Assembly (NCBI GenBank): GCA_002500505.1
Contig: DLRM01000008.1
Coordinates: 50,700-114,699 of the forward strand
From: Planctomycetes bacterium UBA7888
Lineage (GTDB): Bacteria; Planctomycetota; UBA1135
DNA length: 64,000 nucleotides
Reading direction: 5' to 3'
In this document: positions 47,516 through 59,446 of the stretch, in pieces
Position numbering within the stretch: the first letter of the stretch is position 1
How the letters are laid out: each line of letters opens with the position of its first letter
Position numbers and translations under genes: made by a program
Notes under the pieces: model-generated
Told to the model about the DNA's origin: nothing
Databases searched by the model: none
Seen by the model: only the letters and a program-made list of their open reading frames with translations

Positions 47516-49435
47516 CTAAAGCGAAGCTTCTGGGTTGCGAAGAATTCGATTGGGGCCACGACGCTGGGTGATACCTTTCGAATCAAAATGTTCGAGGAGG
47601 GGCATGAGGTATTTACGGGAGGATTGGAAATGGTCGCGCAGGGAGGGAATGTCCAGGGAACCGTTTTGAAGTTGACTTACAACAAGGTCGCGAAGTTCCT
47701 CTACCACTTGTCTGGAATACAAGTTTCCGCCCGAAACTCGAACCAGGGAATCCATGTCGGAAAGGCACTCCAGGATTTGGGCAACTTCTTCCTGCGACCA
47801 GCCCGTAGTTTCAGCTAAGGCAATGTTGTCCGGAGTGCTTAGGCCTGCCTGAACAAGAGTTTTATGCAAAAACTCGGCCTTTTCCAACACATCCGCCGGA
47901 GAAGCTGCGTCCATCAACTGCCAATCCGTTCCATGTAACTTCTTTAAACCAATGGCCTCTAAATCGACATCGGTGAGTTCATCCAAAGCTCGCGCCTTCT
48001 TTTTCCCTAAGCCCTTCCGAAGTTCGGCAATAGGAATCCTTAATCGATGCGGGTTTTTCTTTAACCAAGCAGTCACCGCAGCGGAAACCTCAGCCCCCAA
48101 AGCCCCAATACTCCCCGTGCTGGCCCAACGGTTTCCTGGCAAACTCCGCACATCTCCTCTAGAAGCTGCGAGCTGAAGCTCTTGAGCAATGGCATCCAAA
48201 GTCCAGCCTAGTAATAACCCCAACTCAGATTCTGACAAAGCACCACCTTGAAGCTCCAGGAAACTGGTGGCTAAGGCCGGTGGGTCATCCAAAGTATGCG
48301 CACACTTTTCTAAGCATTCGCGAACTCGCTGATCCCGTTTACGCAATCGATGCTTGCCGAAGACAAGAAAACGACCCGAAGCCAAGTTGCGAGCCGGAGA
48401 AGGGCGGCGAAGAATCAATGCTTCGCCAGGAACAAGCGCCACTTCCTCTTCCAATTGCAAATCCACAACCAATAACTCTCCCTCGTTAGTCTTCGGTGGC
48501 AACCAGATTCGACCATTCACTGACGCCGTGCCGGCAAGCAGAAGTATTTCCATGCCATGTTCAAGCTGCGGCGCATCTTTGAGAGAAGCAATCGTTGCGC
48601 GGAGAAGCGAGCCAGAAGTCAAAGTACTTGGCGCAGCTAAGACCGAACCGCGGCGACAATCTTTTGGATCCAAGTCGGGGAGGTTCAATGCTGTTCGCAA
48701 ACCCGGGGAAGAAACGCCCGCCGCACGCCCATGCACTTGAACGCGACGCACGCGGCTTTTGCCTTCCCCTGGCAAAACTACCAAGTTGCCACCCTCTTCA
48801 ATGGTTCCCGAAGCACAAACACCGGTGGCGACAGTGCCTGCGCCCGACATGGCAAAGGAGCGTTGAACGGGTAGCCGGAAGGCATAGCGCGAAGAAACCT
48901 CGCTGCGGGCATTCAAAGCCAAGTCGCGAATGGCAGCGCGAAGCTCTTCCATACCTTCACCGGAATGGGCGGAGACTTCCAATACCTGGGCGGATTCCCA
49001 AGCCGAACCTGAAAGCAATTCTTCCACATCGGCATGCACAAATAAACGCATGTCCTCGTCGGCCAAATCAGCTTTAGTAAGCGCCACTAAACCGTGACGT
49101 ACACCCAGCATTTGTAATACTTCAAAATGTTCCAATGTTTGTGGCATAACGCCATCGTCACAAGCAACGACCAAAACGGCTGCGCCCATGCCAGTTGCCC
49201 CCGCCACCATTTTCCGAACCAAACGTTCGTGTCCGGGCACATCCACAAATCCAATTTCTAATCCGTCCTCAAAAGAAACCTGAGCGTACCCCAAGTCCAT
49301 CGTAATGCCACGCTTCTGCTCCTCCTCCCAGCGATCCGGGTGCGTACCAGTGAGGGCCTCGACGAGGCTGGACTTGCCGTGGTCAATATGACCGGCAGTG
49401 CCGAGAACTACGGGGACGGTGGTGGGGTCAGCCAT
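47516..49435 (-). CDS. selB: Selenocysteine-specific elongation factor
   Basis: [21 protein letters not shown]; C-terminal winged-helix [13 protein letters not shown]. Confidence 0.97.
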   Translation of the reverse strand: MADPTTVPVVLGTAGHIDHGKSSLVEALTGTHPDRWEEEQKRGITMDLGYAQVSFEDGLEIGFVDVPGHERLVRKMVAGATGMGAAVLVVACDDGVMPQTLEHFEVLQMLGVRHGLVALTKADLADEDMRLFVHADVEELLSGSAWESAQVLEVSAHSGEGMEELRAAIRDLALNARSEVSSRYAFRLPVQRSFAMSGAGTVATGVCASGTIEEGGNLVVLPGEGKSRVRRVQVHGRAAGVSSPGLRTALNLPDLDPKDCRRGSVLAAPSTLTSGSLLRATIASLKDAPQLEHGMEILLLAGTASVNGRIWLPPKTNEGELLVVDLQLEEEVALVPGEALILRRPSPARNLASGRFLVFGKHRLRKRDQRVRECLEKCAHTLDDPPALATSFLELQGGALSESELGLLLGWTLDAIAQELQLAASRGDVRSLPGNRWASTGSIGALGAEVSAAVTAWLKKNPHRLRIPIAELRKGLGKKKARALDELTDVDLEAIGLKKLHGTDWQLMDAASPADVLEKAEFLHKTLVQAGLSTPDNIALAETTGWSQEEVAQILECLSDMDSLVRVSGGNLYSRQVVEELRDLVVSQLQNGSLDIPSLRDHFQSSRKYLMPLLEHFDSKGITQRRGPNRILRNPEASL

Positions 49436-49452
49436 GGCTAAAATCGGAGCTC

Positions 49453-50370
49453 ATGCTACCGGAGCACCCCCCCTTGCACACCCTCGGCCGCCATTTGAAG
49501 GCGCATTATGGCCGCAGGCTCCGGCGAATCATGTTTGACATTGGAACCTCCTGCCCCAATCGCGACGGTCAAACGGGCTTTGGGGGATGCATCTACTGCG
49601 ACATCGATGGTTCAGGAACTGGTGCCCGCCGCAAAGAGAAATCTCTCGCAGAGCAATGGGAAGAAGGCCTCCGCCGCGTGCGCAGATCCCAGCCAAACGG
49701 CCCTGCCGCAATTGCTTATGTCCAGTCCTATTCCAATACCTACCCCGACCTTCTCCCCCTGGCCAAGGCACTGGAGTTTTTGGCCAACCATGCCGACATC
49801 GCCCCAATCGTAAGCGTGGGCACGCGGCCTGACTGTTTTGGAGAAGAAGCGGCTGCTCTTTTAGCTTCCTACTGCGATAAATTTTCGGAGGTTTGGGTCG
49901 AATTTGGCCTCGAAACTGCCGACGACGAAATTCAAAAAACAATCGGTCGACACGACACTCTTGCCAACTATCACGCAGCGTGCCACCTCGCCCACAAGCA
50001 AGGCCTCAAAATAATCACCCACACCATTGCCGGCCTCCCTGGCGAAAAAATGACGGGGTTGGAACTCCAAGTTCAAGAAGCTATCCAATCTGGCTCCCAC
50101 GGAATCAAATTTCACCAACTGATGGTGTTACGTAAAACAAAACTGGAAGCACTTTGGCGCAAAGGGGGGTTGGATCTTCTTCAACTCGAAGAATACGTGG
50201 AGATGGTGGCGAACGCCCTCACTCTGCTTCCATCCGAAATGGTAATCCACCGTTTGGTTGCGGAAAACCCGCCAGAAAGTTACCTCGCTCCGGAAGACTG
50301 GCCCACGCGCGCAAAGGTACAAGACTTAATCGAAAAAAAGTACCGAGCGCTTGTTGCACCCGGTACTTGA
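49453..50370 (+). CDS. Radical SAM protein, TIGR01212 (YhcC/YtqA) family
   Basis: CPNRDG...GGCIYC, SYSNTY, GTRPDC, IKFHQL, VIHRL motifs. Confidence 0.92.
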   Translation: MLPEHPPLHTLGRHLKAHYGRRLRRIMFDIGTSCPNRDGQTGFGGCIYCDIDGSGTGARRKEKSLAEQWEEGLRRVRRSQPNGPAAIAYVQSYSNTYPDLLPLAKALEFLANHADIAPIVSVGTRPDCFGEEAAALLASYCDKFSEVWVEFGLETADDEIQKTIGRHDTLANYHAACHLAHKQGLKIITHTIAGLPGEKMTGLELQVQEAIQSGSHGIKFHQLMVLRKTKLEALWRKGGLDLLQLEEYVEMVANALTLLPSEMVIHRLVAENPPESYLAPEDWPTRAKVQDLIEKKYRALVAPGT

Positions 50371-50374
50371 CATC

Positions 50375-50450
50375 TGGTGAGGGCACAAGGACTTGAACCT
50401 TGGACCTACTGGTTAAAAGCCAGCTACTCTACCAACTGAGTTATGCCCCC
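50375..50450 (-). tRNA. tRNA-Lys (anticodon UUU)
   Basis: Minus strand GGGGGCATAACTCAGTTGGTAGAGTAGCTGG-CTTTTAA-CCAGT...GTTCAAGTC...TGCCCTCACCA; 76 nt. Confidence 0.97.
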
Positions 50451-50481
50451 AGATGAGGCCGCATAGATTAGCGTTGCGGTC

Positions 50482-51060
50482 TCAAAGGTCCAGAATTTCC
50501 TTGGTCTTGGAAGCAAGAAGATCCTCAATTTGGCCTTCGTGTTCTTTCAGCAAAGACTGGACTTCATCTTTGGCCTGCCGGACATCATCTTCGCTAACAG
50601 CATCTTCCCGCTTCTTGTCCTTGCTGGCAGATTCCACCTCCTTGATGCAATCTCGACGCACATTCCGCATAGAAATGCGAGTTTCTTCCGCAAGGCTCTT
50701 TATCCGGCCAGCAAGTTTTTGTCGCTGTTCCGCAGACAAGGGGGGAATGGAAATCCGAAGAGCATTCCCTTCAATCGAAGGGTTCATTCCCAAATCAGAG
50801 GACAAAATTGCCTTTTCGATATCCTTAAGGGAGCTAGCATCGAAGGGTTTAACCAAGATGGAGCGAGGATCCGGCACAGCCACCGAAGCCAATTGGTTCA
50901 GAGGTGTTTTAGAGCCATAGTAATCAACTCGAATGTTGTCCACTAAGCCTGTGGTTGCACGGCCCGTACGGATGCCGCGAGTTTCTGAACTGAAATGTTC
51001 GACGGACTTGCTTAAGCGCTCCTTTGCCGAACGAAGAAAAGGTTGGATTGAGGATGACAT
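50482..51060 (-). CDS. frr: Ribosome recycling factor
   Basis: IRTGRA, YYG, PLNQLA, RISMRNVRRD motifs. Confidence 0.96.
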   Translation of the reverse strand: MSSSIQPFLRSAKERLSKSVEHFSSETRGIRTGRATTGLVDNIRVDYYGSKTPLNQLASVAVPDPRSILVKPFDASSLKDIEKAILSSDLGMNPSIEGNALRISIPPLSAEQRQKLAGRIKSLAEETRISMRNVRRDCIKEVESASKDKKREDAVSEDDVRQAKDEVQSLLKEHEGQIEDLLASKTKEILDL

Positions 51061-51062
51061 TT

Positions 51063-51776
51063 TTAGTTTTGAATGACAGTGCCAACGTTTTCGCCCGCAG
51101 CGGCGCGGACAACCCCATCCGGGCATTCCATATTGAACACCATGAGGGAAAGGCCATTTTCGCGACACATGGCGAAGGCAGTTTGGTCCATGACTCGAAG
51201 CTGACGATCTAAAACTTCCGTGAAGCTTAATTCCGGGATGTGTGCCGCATCGGGGTTTTCATTCGGGTCACTGTCATATACCCCATCAACCATCGTGGCC
51301 TTGAGGAGCACATCACAACCCAGTTCAACGGCGCGTTGGGCCGCCGCAGTATCCGTCGTGAAATAAGGTGACCCCAATCCACCGGCAAGTACAACAACAC
51401 GACCTTTTTCCATGTGGCGCAAGGCGCGACGACGAATAAACGGCTCACAAACTTTATTCACTTCAATAGCAGATAAAACACGAGTTGGGACTCCATGAGC
51501 TTCGAGGGCGTCACAAAGGGCAAGACCATTAATCACGGTCGCCAACATGCCCATGTAATCTGCCGTGGCACGGTCAATTCCAAGGTCGCTGCTCTGAGTT
51601 CCACGAAGAATATTCCCACCACCTATCACGCAGGCAATTTCAACACCTTCGGCCGTGAGTTTTTTCAGTTGCTCGGCCAAAGCGCGAACCCGTTCAACAT
51701 CGAGGCCGGTTTCGCCCTTGCGAGCAAAGCCCTCCCCGCTAACCTTCAGAAGGAGCCTTTTGTAGCGTGATGTCAT
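51063..51776 (-). CDS. pyrH: UMP kinase
   Basis: KVSGE, GGGNILRG, DYMGMLAT, FTTDTAA motifs. Confidence 0.97.
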   Translation of the reverse strand: MTSRYKRLLLKVSGEGFARKGETGLDVERVRALAEQLKKLTAEGVEIACVIGGGNILRGTQSSDLGIDRATADYMGMLATVINGLALCDALEAHGVPTRVLSAIEVNKVCEPFIRRRALRHMEKGRVVVLAGGLGSPYFTTDTAAAQRAVELGCDVLLKATMVDGVYDSDPNENPDAAHIPELSFTEVLDRQLRVMDQTAFAMCRENGLSLMVFNMECPDGVVRAAAGENVGTVIQN

Positions 51777-51806
51777 GGACGGCAGGATAGCACGCCGCGA
51801 TGGGAA

Positions 51807-52409
51807 TCAGGCGCCTAGTTCGAAGCGAACGAAGCGGTTGACCTGGATATTTTCGCCAACCTGGGCAACGACCCCTTTCACCATTTCCTCAACGGTCTGG
51901 TTTGGGTCCTTTACGAACGCCTGAGAAAGCAGGGCTCGCTCCTGAACGAATTTCACCAGACGACCATCCACGATTTTCTCTTGGATTTCTTCGGGCTTGT
52001 TCGCTAGTTCTTCGGACATCAAAAGCTGGCGCTTTTCCTCTGCAATTAAATCGGAAGAAATATCATCTTCTCGAACGGCAACTGGAGATGGCAAATTCGC
52101 TGCGATGTGCATGCAAAGGTCGTTCAGAAGGGTCTCGAAAGCCTCTCCCTTAGCAACAAAGTCCGTTTCACAGGCAACTTCAACTAAAACACCCACCTTC
52201 TGGTTGTGATGAATGTAGGAATGAACTCGACCATCACCGGTGGCGCGTTCGGCTTTCTTGTCTGCAGTTTTCAGGCCTTTCGCACGAAGAAGCTCCATTG
52301 CGCGTTCAGTGTCGCCGTCGGATTCAACGAGAGCCCTTTTGCAGTCCATCATCCCGGCACCAGAGGCGGAGCGGAGTTGAGCGACATCTTTGGCAGAGAT
52401 TGTGGTCAT
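51807..52409 (-). CDS. tsf: Elongation factor Ts (short form)
   Basis: GAGMMDCK, CETDFVA, RFVRFELG motifs. Confidence 0.97.
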   Translation of the reverse strand: MTTISAKDVAQLRSASGAGMMDCKRALVESDGDTERAMELLRAKGLKTADKKAERATGDGRVHSYIHHNQKVGVLVEVACETDFVAKGEAFETLLNDLCMHIAANLPSPVAVREDDISSDLIAEEKRQLLMSEELANKPEEIQEKIVDGRLVKFVQERALLSQAFVKDPNQTVEEMVKGVVAQVGENIQVNRFVRFELGA

Positions 52410-52426
52410 GATTCTTGAAGGGTCGA

Positions 52427-52453
52427 GACGAAACCCGGCCTTAGCCGGTCGTC
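52427..52453 (-). terminator. rpsB-tsf intergenic hairpin (possible attenuator)
   Basis: GACGA-CCGGC-TAAG-GCCGG-GTT-TCGTC on the minus strand. Confidence 0.45.
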
Positions 52454-52472
52454 AAGGAAAACGGGAAAGGGA

Positions 52473-53444
52473 CTACTCCTCGGTTGGAGGAGCTTCGGTT
52501 TCTGGGGTGGACTCAGCAGGCGCTTCAGCTGGAGCTCCGGACTCGGCTTCAGGTGCAGCTTCTGCCTCTTGAGCAACGGGTTCGGCTTCTTGAGTGGCCG
52601 TACCCCCTTCCTCCATAGGTGCAATCTCCACGGAGCGAGTTAAGCCACCAGGGATTGCCTTCGGGCGACGACGGCCGCCACTGCGAGGACGCGGTACCGG
52701 GGCACTGGAGATTTCAGCAATAGCCTCTTCGCGACCTTGGACTTCCACACCACGCTCATCGCGCAGTTGTTTGCCATCCGTCACAGCCTTGACCAACTTG
52801 TCAAAGACTAAAGAAACCGAACGAATGGCGTCGTCATTTGCAGGGATGACAATGTCACAAGTATCAGGGTCTCCATCCGTGTCCACAATGCCGATAACAG
52901 GAATCCCCATTCGGCGAGCTTCACGAACAGCGTTCCTTTCAGTCTTAGGATCTATGACAACTAAAACACCAGGTAAACGAAACATGTCTCGAATACCGTG
53001 CAAGTTTCGCCAGACCTTCCGCTTTTCGCGGCCGAATCGAGCGGCTTCCTTACTGGTGATGGTGTCGAGGTAACCTTCCGACTCCTTTTTCTCGAGATCC
53101 TCGAGATAAGCAAGACGGCTTCCAATGACTTCGAAGTTTGTGAGCGTTCCGCCAATCCAGCGGTCGTCCACGTAATGCATTTTGGTGGCTTCGTGTACCT
53201 TCCGCGTTTCAGCCTGAATCTGCGGCTTGGTACCAACGAAAAGAACATCCAGACCGCTTGCAACAACCTCACGAATGAAGTGGCGAGCGCGGAGGATTCC
53301 CTTGATGGTCAAGCGCAAATCAATGATGTGAATCCCGTTGCGGGAACCATGAATATATGGCTCCATTTTGGGGTTCCATCGGCCAACGCGGCACCCGATG
53401 TGGGTTCCGGCATCAACGAACTCCTGTACGGAGAGATCTGACAC
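52473..53444 (-). CDS. rpsB: 30S ribosomal protein S2 with acidic tail
   Basis: WNPKM, HIIDL, FVGTK, RWIGGTLTNF, PANDD motifs. Confidence 0.97.
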   Translation of the reverse strand: MSDLSVQEFVDAGTHIGCRVGRWNPKMEPYIHGSRNGIHIIDLRLTIKGILRARHFIREVVASGLDVLFVGTKPQIQAETRKVHEATKMHYVDDRWIGGTLTNFEVIGSRLAYLEDLEKKESEGYLDTITSKEAARFGREKRKVWRNLHGIRDMFRLPGVLVVIDPKTERNAVREARRMGIPVIGIVDTDGDPDTCDIVIPANDDAIRSVSLVFDKLVKAVTDGKQLRDERGVEVQGREEAIAEISSAPVPRPRSGGRRRPKAIPGGLTRSVEIAPMEEGGTATQEAEPVAQEAEAAPEAESGAPAEAPAESTPETEAPPTEE

Positions 53445-53501
53445 GATTTTATGAGGGTTATTTAGGGTTTTCAGGCGGTCTGGCCTGATTTAGGGCCAAG
53501 C

Positions 53502-53529
53502 ATCATATCCGCTCTAGGAGTATAGTCAA
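53502..53529 (-). promoter_or_regulatory. Sigma-70-type promoter of rpsB
   Basis: TTGACT-N16-TATGAT on the minus strand. Confidence 0.6.
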
Positions 53530-53623
53530 ACCAGGAGAAGCCCTTTCCGTCCCCCTCTGAGCACAGGTTTTTCTGCATTTTCCAACTTCCTAGCTTTCCG
53601 GTGGTATTCTTGGGCTGTAGCGA

Positions 53624-54622
53624 ATGAATTTTCCCTCTCCAGGCCCCCATTCGGGCCCACGGACTCTCGCCATCTTGAACCATCGAGGTGAGCGCCTGTC
53701 TGAGTTGCGTACCGGCTTTCAAGACCGGGGGTGGGAGGTGTTTACGGCTAGAGATTTGAAGAGCAGTATTCAACTCCTTGACAGTCAAGATTTCACGGCT
53801 GCTGTTGTGGCTCCCTTGTCTCTCAGGCCAGAGAATTTGGAGTGGCAAGAGCTCTTTCAAAAGCTCTCCCCTTCCCGACCTATCCCCTGGTTGGTGGTCC
53901 CCTGGGAAGGCACCCCCCCTGGAACGGTCGGTGGACTCCTTCGCCGCCAGCGAGACACCTTGGCCAACCTCCTGGCACTCCCAGTGAGTGCCGCCGAAGC
54001 CGACACACGTTTACAGGTTTTGCTTCAACTTGGATTTGCCGTTGCAGAAAAGCAGGCGGAAATCCAACGCCTTCGCCAAATGGTCATCACCGATGAACTC
54101 ACAGGCGTGTACACCAAGGGTCATTTCTTGGAGCGCCTCAACTCAGCCTTTGATGGGAGTCAGCGACATCGCCACGACCTTTCTGTTTTATTTTTGGACA
54201 TCGATGATTTCAAAGATTTCAATGAGGAGCATGGACACATCTTTGCCGATCATGCTTTAAAAACTATGGCCTTGAGCTTGAAAGAAGGACGAAGTCAAGA
54301 TTTAGTTGCGCGCTGGGGTGGCGACGAATTCGTGTTCCTCCTTCCGAACACTGGCCTGCAAGGTGCGATTGAAAAAGCAAAACGAGTTCTGGGTCGCGTC
54401 CAACAACAAGTAGTTTCCTTTGAGGGCCAAACCGCCCGTATTCAAATTTCAATTGGCCTCGCCCACTTCACTGGGGACGATATCCATTCCGGAGAAGAAT
54501 TGCTTCGCCGAGCCGAACGCGCGATGAAAACCGTCGCAAAGAAGTCAGGCAAAAACCAAGTTGCTTTCTGGGATCACCAAGTGGATGCGCCCATGTTGCT
54601 TGGCGATCCCGCTGGCGACTGA
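53624..54622 (+). CDS. Diguanylate cyclase with degenerate receiver domain
   Basis: TDELTG, DIDDFKDFN, RSQD I-site, RWGGDEF. Confidence 0.9.
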   Translation: MNFPSPGPHSGPRTLAILNHRGERLSELRTGFQDRGWEVFTARDLKSSIQLLDSQDFTAAVVAPLSLRPENLEWQELFQKLSPSRPIPWLVVPWEGTPPGTVGGLLRRQRDTLANLLALPVSAAEADTRLQVLLQLGFAVAEKQAEIQRLRQMVITDELTGVYTKGHFLERLNSAFDGSQRHRHDLSVLFLDIDDFKDFNEEHGHIFADHALKTMALSLKEGRSQDLVARWGGDEFVFLLPNTGLQGAIEKAKRVLGRVQQQVVSFEGQTARIQISIGLAHFTGDDIHSGEELLRRAERAMKTVAKKSGKNQVAFWDHQVDAPMLLGDPAGD

Positions 54623-55701
54623 GTCGGCATCAGCCAATTGGCGTGTCCTCCCCAGGGGAGTCTATTGGCGGGTTTTGTGCGCAAACTTAAGACTCCAGCC
54701 TTTGGAACGGTCACTTGGACAGGAAGGGGATTGTCCTGCACAGTCAAAGCCGCCGATTCCCAAAGAAGTGCGTCGTTCAAGAAAACTTGGAAAATAACGG
54801 GCTGTGGGTTCCGGAACTCGAGAACTTCTTCATCTACTCCAACCCAAGCATGGAACTCTCCCGCTCCCGCCCATTGATAATCAATCCTTGAAGGGACCAA
54901 AGTTCCCCAACCGTCGGGCCAAACTTTTGAACCGCACCGAAGTGGCTTGCCCTCAATGCTTCTGCCTCGTCGTGGCGTGCGATCTATTGCATCGTTAGGC
55001 CCTGTCGTTTTCAATAAAGGCGGCATGGGAAATTGAGCGGGATAAACTTCAGCAAGAGCTTCTTTTCTAAACTCAACCTCATCATTCCAAGGCAATTTAG
55101 CAATCCATTTACCCTCCTTTTCGAAGAAGGATTGAACCCGCAAAAAACCTCCACCTTGAAACACAAGATATCGAGCATGTTCACTCTCGAGCGTAGGAAG
55201 GGGCTCTGCCAAGAGTTGAAGGGCTTCAATGGCCTCCCATGCATGTAAGTGCTCCCCTCCCAAACTTTCGAATCGGAGTCCTTCCGCTTCCCAAGCAGTC
55301 AGCCATCCCTTTCTCAGATCGGGAGAACCGTCTCGAGCACGTACCCAAAGAAAGTCCGTCTCAGGATTTTTGATTCCGTGAATCCCCTCTCGACCCAGGC
55401 CGCGGATCCAAAGGGTGTCAATAGGGAGAATTGCCCCCCCGGGGAGCTGCCACCAGGCAAAATCGCCTTCCCCGTCCGCAGGGGCACCGGGCAGCCATCC
55501 AATGGGCCCTAGGTCGAGTTGCCACGGAGCGGTAGCGACTGGGGCCGGAGCTTCTTGGGCCGAGACCGGCGGCAAAAGGATTCCGGCCAAACAAAGGCCG
55601 CCCGCGAAGGCCCTCAGGGAACCCTGGAAAGCCTTTCGGCAGAGGTTGGAGAGAAGTTGTGCCATTTCGGCAGGTGGAGGAGGCATAATAGGCCTTTTCA
55701 T
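54574..55701 (-). CDS. Exported protein with C-terminal NPCBM/NEW2-like domain (start uncertain)
   Basis: Signal-like segment ending VSAQ; FHAWVGVD, VIFQV, HANW motifs. Confidence 0.65.
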   Translation of the reverse strand: MKRPIMPPPPAEMAQLLSNLCRKAFQGSLRAFAGGLCLAGILLPPVSAQEAPAPVATAPWQLDLGPIGWLPGAPADGEGDFAWWQLPGGAILPIDTLWIRGLGREGIHGIKNPETDFLWVRARDGSPDLRKGWLTAWEAEGLRFESLGGEHLHAWEAIEALQLLAEPLPTLESEHARYLVFQGGGFLRVQSFFEKEGKWIAKLPWNDEVEFRKEALAEVYPAQFPMPPLLKTTGPNDAIDRTPRRGRSIEGKPLRCGSKVWPDGWGTLVPSRIDYQWAGAGEFHAWVGVDEEVLEFRNPQPVIFQVFLNDALLWESAALTVQDNPLPVQVTVPKAGVLSLRTKPANRLPWGGHANWLMPTQSPAGSPSNMGASTW

Positions 55702-55711
55702 GCCCCATTAC

Positions 55712-55727
55712 TTGGCATCCTAGTTGC
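55712..55727 (+). promoter_or_regulatory. Sigma-54 (-24/-12) promoter of the chaperone operon
   Basis: TTGGCATCCTAGTTGC, exact GG-N10-GC, about 100 nt upstream of groEL. Confidence 0.75.
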
Positions 55728-55827
55728 CGTGTAAAGGCAGGCAAAGGCAAAAGCCTGTGCCCACCTCCCTTTCCGGGGTCCTACCTCGGCAAACTCCCCA
55801 ACGCGGCCCTGACGCCGCCCTGACGAA

Positions 55828-57444
55828 ATGCCCAAAGAATTAAGCTTTGATGTTGATGCCCGAGACGCCGTCTCTAAGGGTGTCGAAAAACTCGCCACTG
55901 CCGTGGTCTCCACTCTCGGCCCCAAAGGTCGTTGTGCTGTTTTAGACAAATCGTGGGGTGGTCCTACTGTGACCAAAGATGGCCATAGTGTGGCTAAAGA
56001 AATTGAGTTGCAGGACAAGGCTGAAAACCTTGGAGCGCAATTGGTTCGCGAAGCCGCGTCCAAAACCTCCGATCGTGCGGGAGATGGCACCACAACTGCG
56101 ACTCTCCTCGCCTGGTCCATATTCAAAAAGGCACAACGGCACCTCAGCGTGGGCGCAAGCCCAACGGGCATGATTCGCGGCATGCGAAGTGCGCTAGCTG
56201 AAGTTAAGGAGTACCTCAACAACAACTCCACAACTTTAAACTCCAACGACGACATTCGCGCCGTTGCAACGATTGCTTCCAATAACGATTCCGCTGTTGG
56301 CGCCATCCTTGCGGACGCGTTTGAAAAAGTTGGTCAAGATGGAGTCATCACGATTGACGAAGGGCGATCCTTGGACACCGAGGTCACCATTGTTGAAGGA
56401 ATGCAGTTTGACCGCGGATTCCTGTCTCCGCATTTTGCAACGAACCAAGACACATTGGAGGCGGTCTTGGAGAGCCCACTCATCTTGGTTTACGAAGACA
56501 AAATTTCTTCTGCGCAAGACTTGTTGCCGCTATTGGAAGAAGCCAAGAACCAGAACAAGACTCTCTTGATTGTGGCTGAAGACATTGAAGGCGAAGCCCT
56601 TGCCACTCTTGTCCTCAACAAAATGCGCGGCATCGTGAATGTGTGCGCAGTCAAAGCTCCAGGCTATGGCGACCGTCGCAAAGAAATGTTGCGGGATATT
56701 GCCACCCTGACTGCTTCGGAGCCCTTCATGAAAGATACGGGCGCAGACCTCAAAACCGTTCAGTTCGACTCCCTTGGAACTGCCAAGAGAGTCCTCATTA
56801 ACAACAACGACACCACCATCATCGAAGGCGCAGGGAACGCTTCCGACGTTGAGGCCCGTGCGAACTTGATTCGGCGCCAAGTCGAAGAGACAACTTCGGA
56901 TTACGACCGCGAAAAGCTCGAAGAGCGTCTTGCCAAACTCGTCGGAGGAATTGCTGAAGTCCGAGTTGGTGGAGCGACTGAAACCGAAGTGAAAGAAAAG
57001 AAAGCCCGCTTCGTAGATGCCAAGAATGCCACCCAGGCAGCTATAGCTGAAGGGATTCTTCCAGGAGGAGGGGTTGCCCTTCTTCGTGCGAGCACAGTCA
57101 TTGACTCCAGTGGGACGGGAGATGAAGCCCTCGGGCGTTCCATCCTGGCCTGGGCACTGACTCAACCCACCCGCGCAATTGCAGAAAATTCAGGTGAAGA
57201 CGGCAGTGTCATTCAGCACAAAATTCTGGCGAATGATTCCTTCTCCTTCGGCTGGAACGCTCTAACGGGCGAGTTCGGTGACCTGATGAAACTCGGCGTC
57301 ATTGACCCTGTCAAAGTCACGGGCACGGCTCTTGAGAACGCCGTGTCTGTTGCCAGCACTTTAGTCACAACCGATTGCGTCATCACCGAAATACCTGAAA
57401 AGAACTCCATGCCCGAAGGAAGCGACTTCGAAGGCGACTTCTAA
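55828..57444 (+). CDS. groEL: Chaperonin GroEL, paralog 1
   Basis: [36 protein letters not shown] motifs. Confidence 0.97.
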   Translation: MPKELSFDVDARDAVSKGVEKLATAVVSTLGPKGRCAVLDKSWGGPTVTKDGHSVAKEIELQDKAENLGAQLVREAASKTSDRAGDGTTTATLLAWSIFKKAQRHLSVGASPTGMIRGMRSALAEVKEYLNNNSTTLNSNDDIRAVATIASNNDSAVGAILADAFEKVGQDGVITIDEGRSLDTEVTIVEGMQFDRGFLSPHFATNQDTLEAVLESPLILVYEDKISSAQDLLPLLEEAKNQNKTLLIVAEDIEGEALATLVLNKMRGIVNVCAVKAPGYGDRRKEMLRDIATLTASEPFMKDTGADLKTVQFDSLGTAKRVLINNNDTTIIEGAGNASDVEARANLIRRQVEETTSDYDREKLEERLAKLVGGIAEVRVGGATETEVKEKKARFVDAKNATQAAIAEGILPGGGVALLRASTVIDSSGTGDEALGRSILAWALTQPTRAIAENSGEDGSVIQHKILANDSFSFGWNALTGEFGDLMKLGVIDPVKVTGTALENAVSVASTLVTTDCVITEIPEKNSMPEGSDFEGDF

Positions 57445-57465
57445 ATCTTGAACCCTGAACTAATC

Positions 57466-59393
<1,928 letters not shown>

Positions 59394-59446
59394 AGGCATT
59401 CTTTAAATGAGTGGCTGGCTCCTACTGAGTTTGTCACTCGCAAACT

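Noticed and set aside
10869-50450. tRNA genes as integration sites for an island
   Set aside because: No integrase was found, I saw no duplicated tRNA 3' end, and the flanks are housekeeping genes.
51807-53444. Short EF-Ts and long acidic S2 tail
   Set aside because: Both are known variants in many bacterial lineages.
43418-54622. Convergent 3' overlaps (tgt/HEAT-VWA, 22 nt; DGC/NPCBM, 49 nt)
   Set aside because: Short tail overlaps are common in compact genomes; no further evidence of function.
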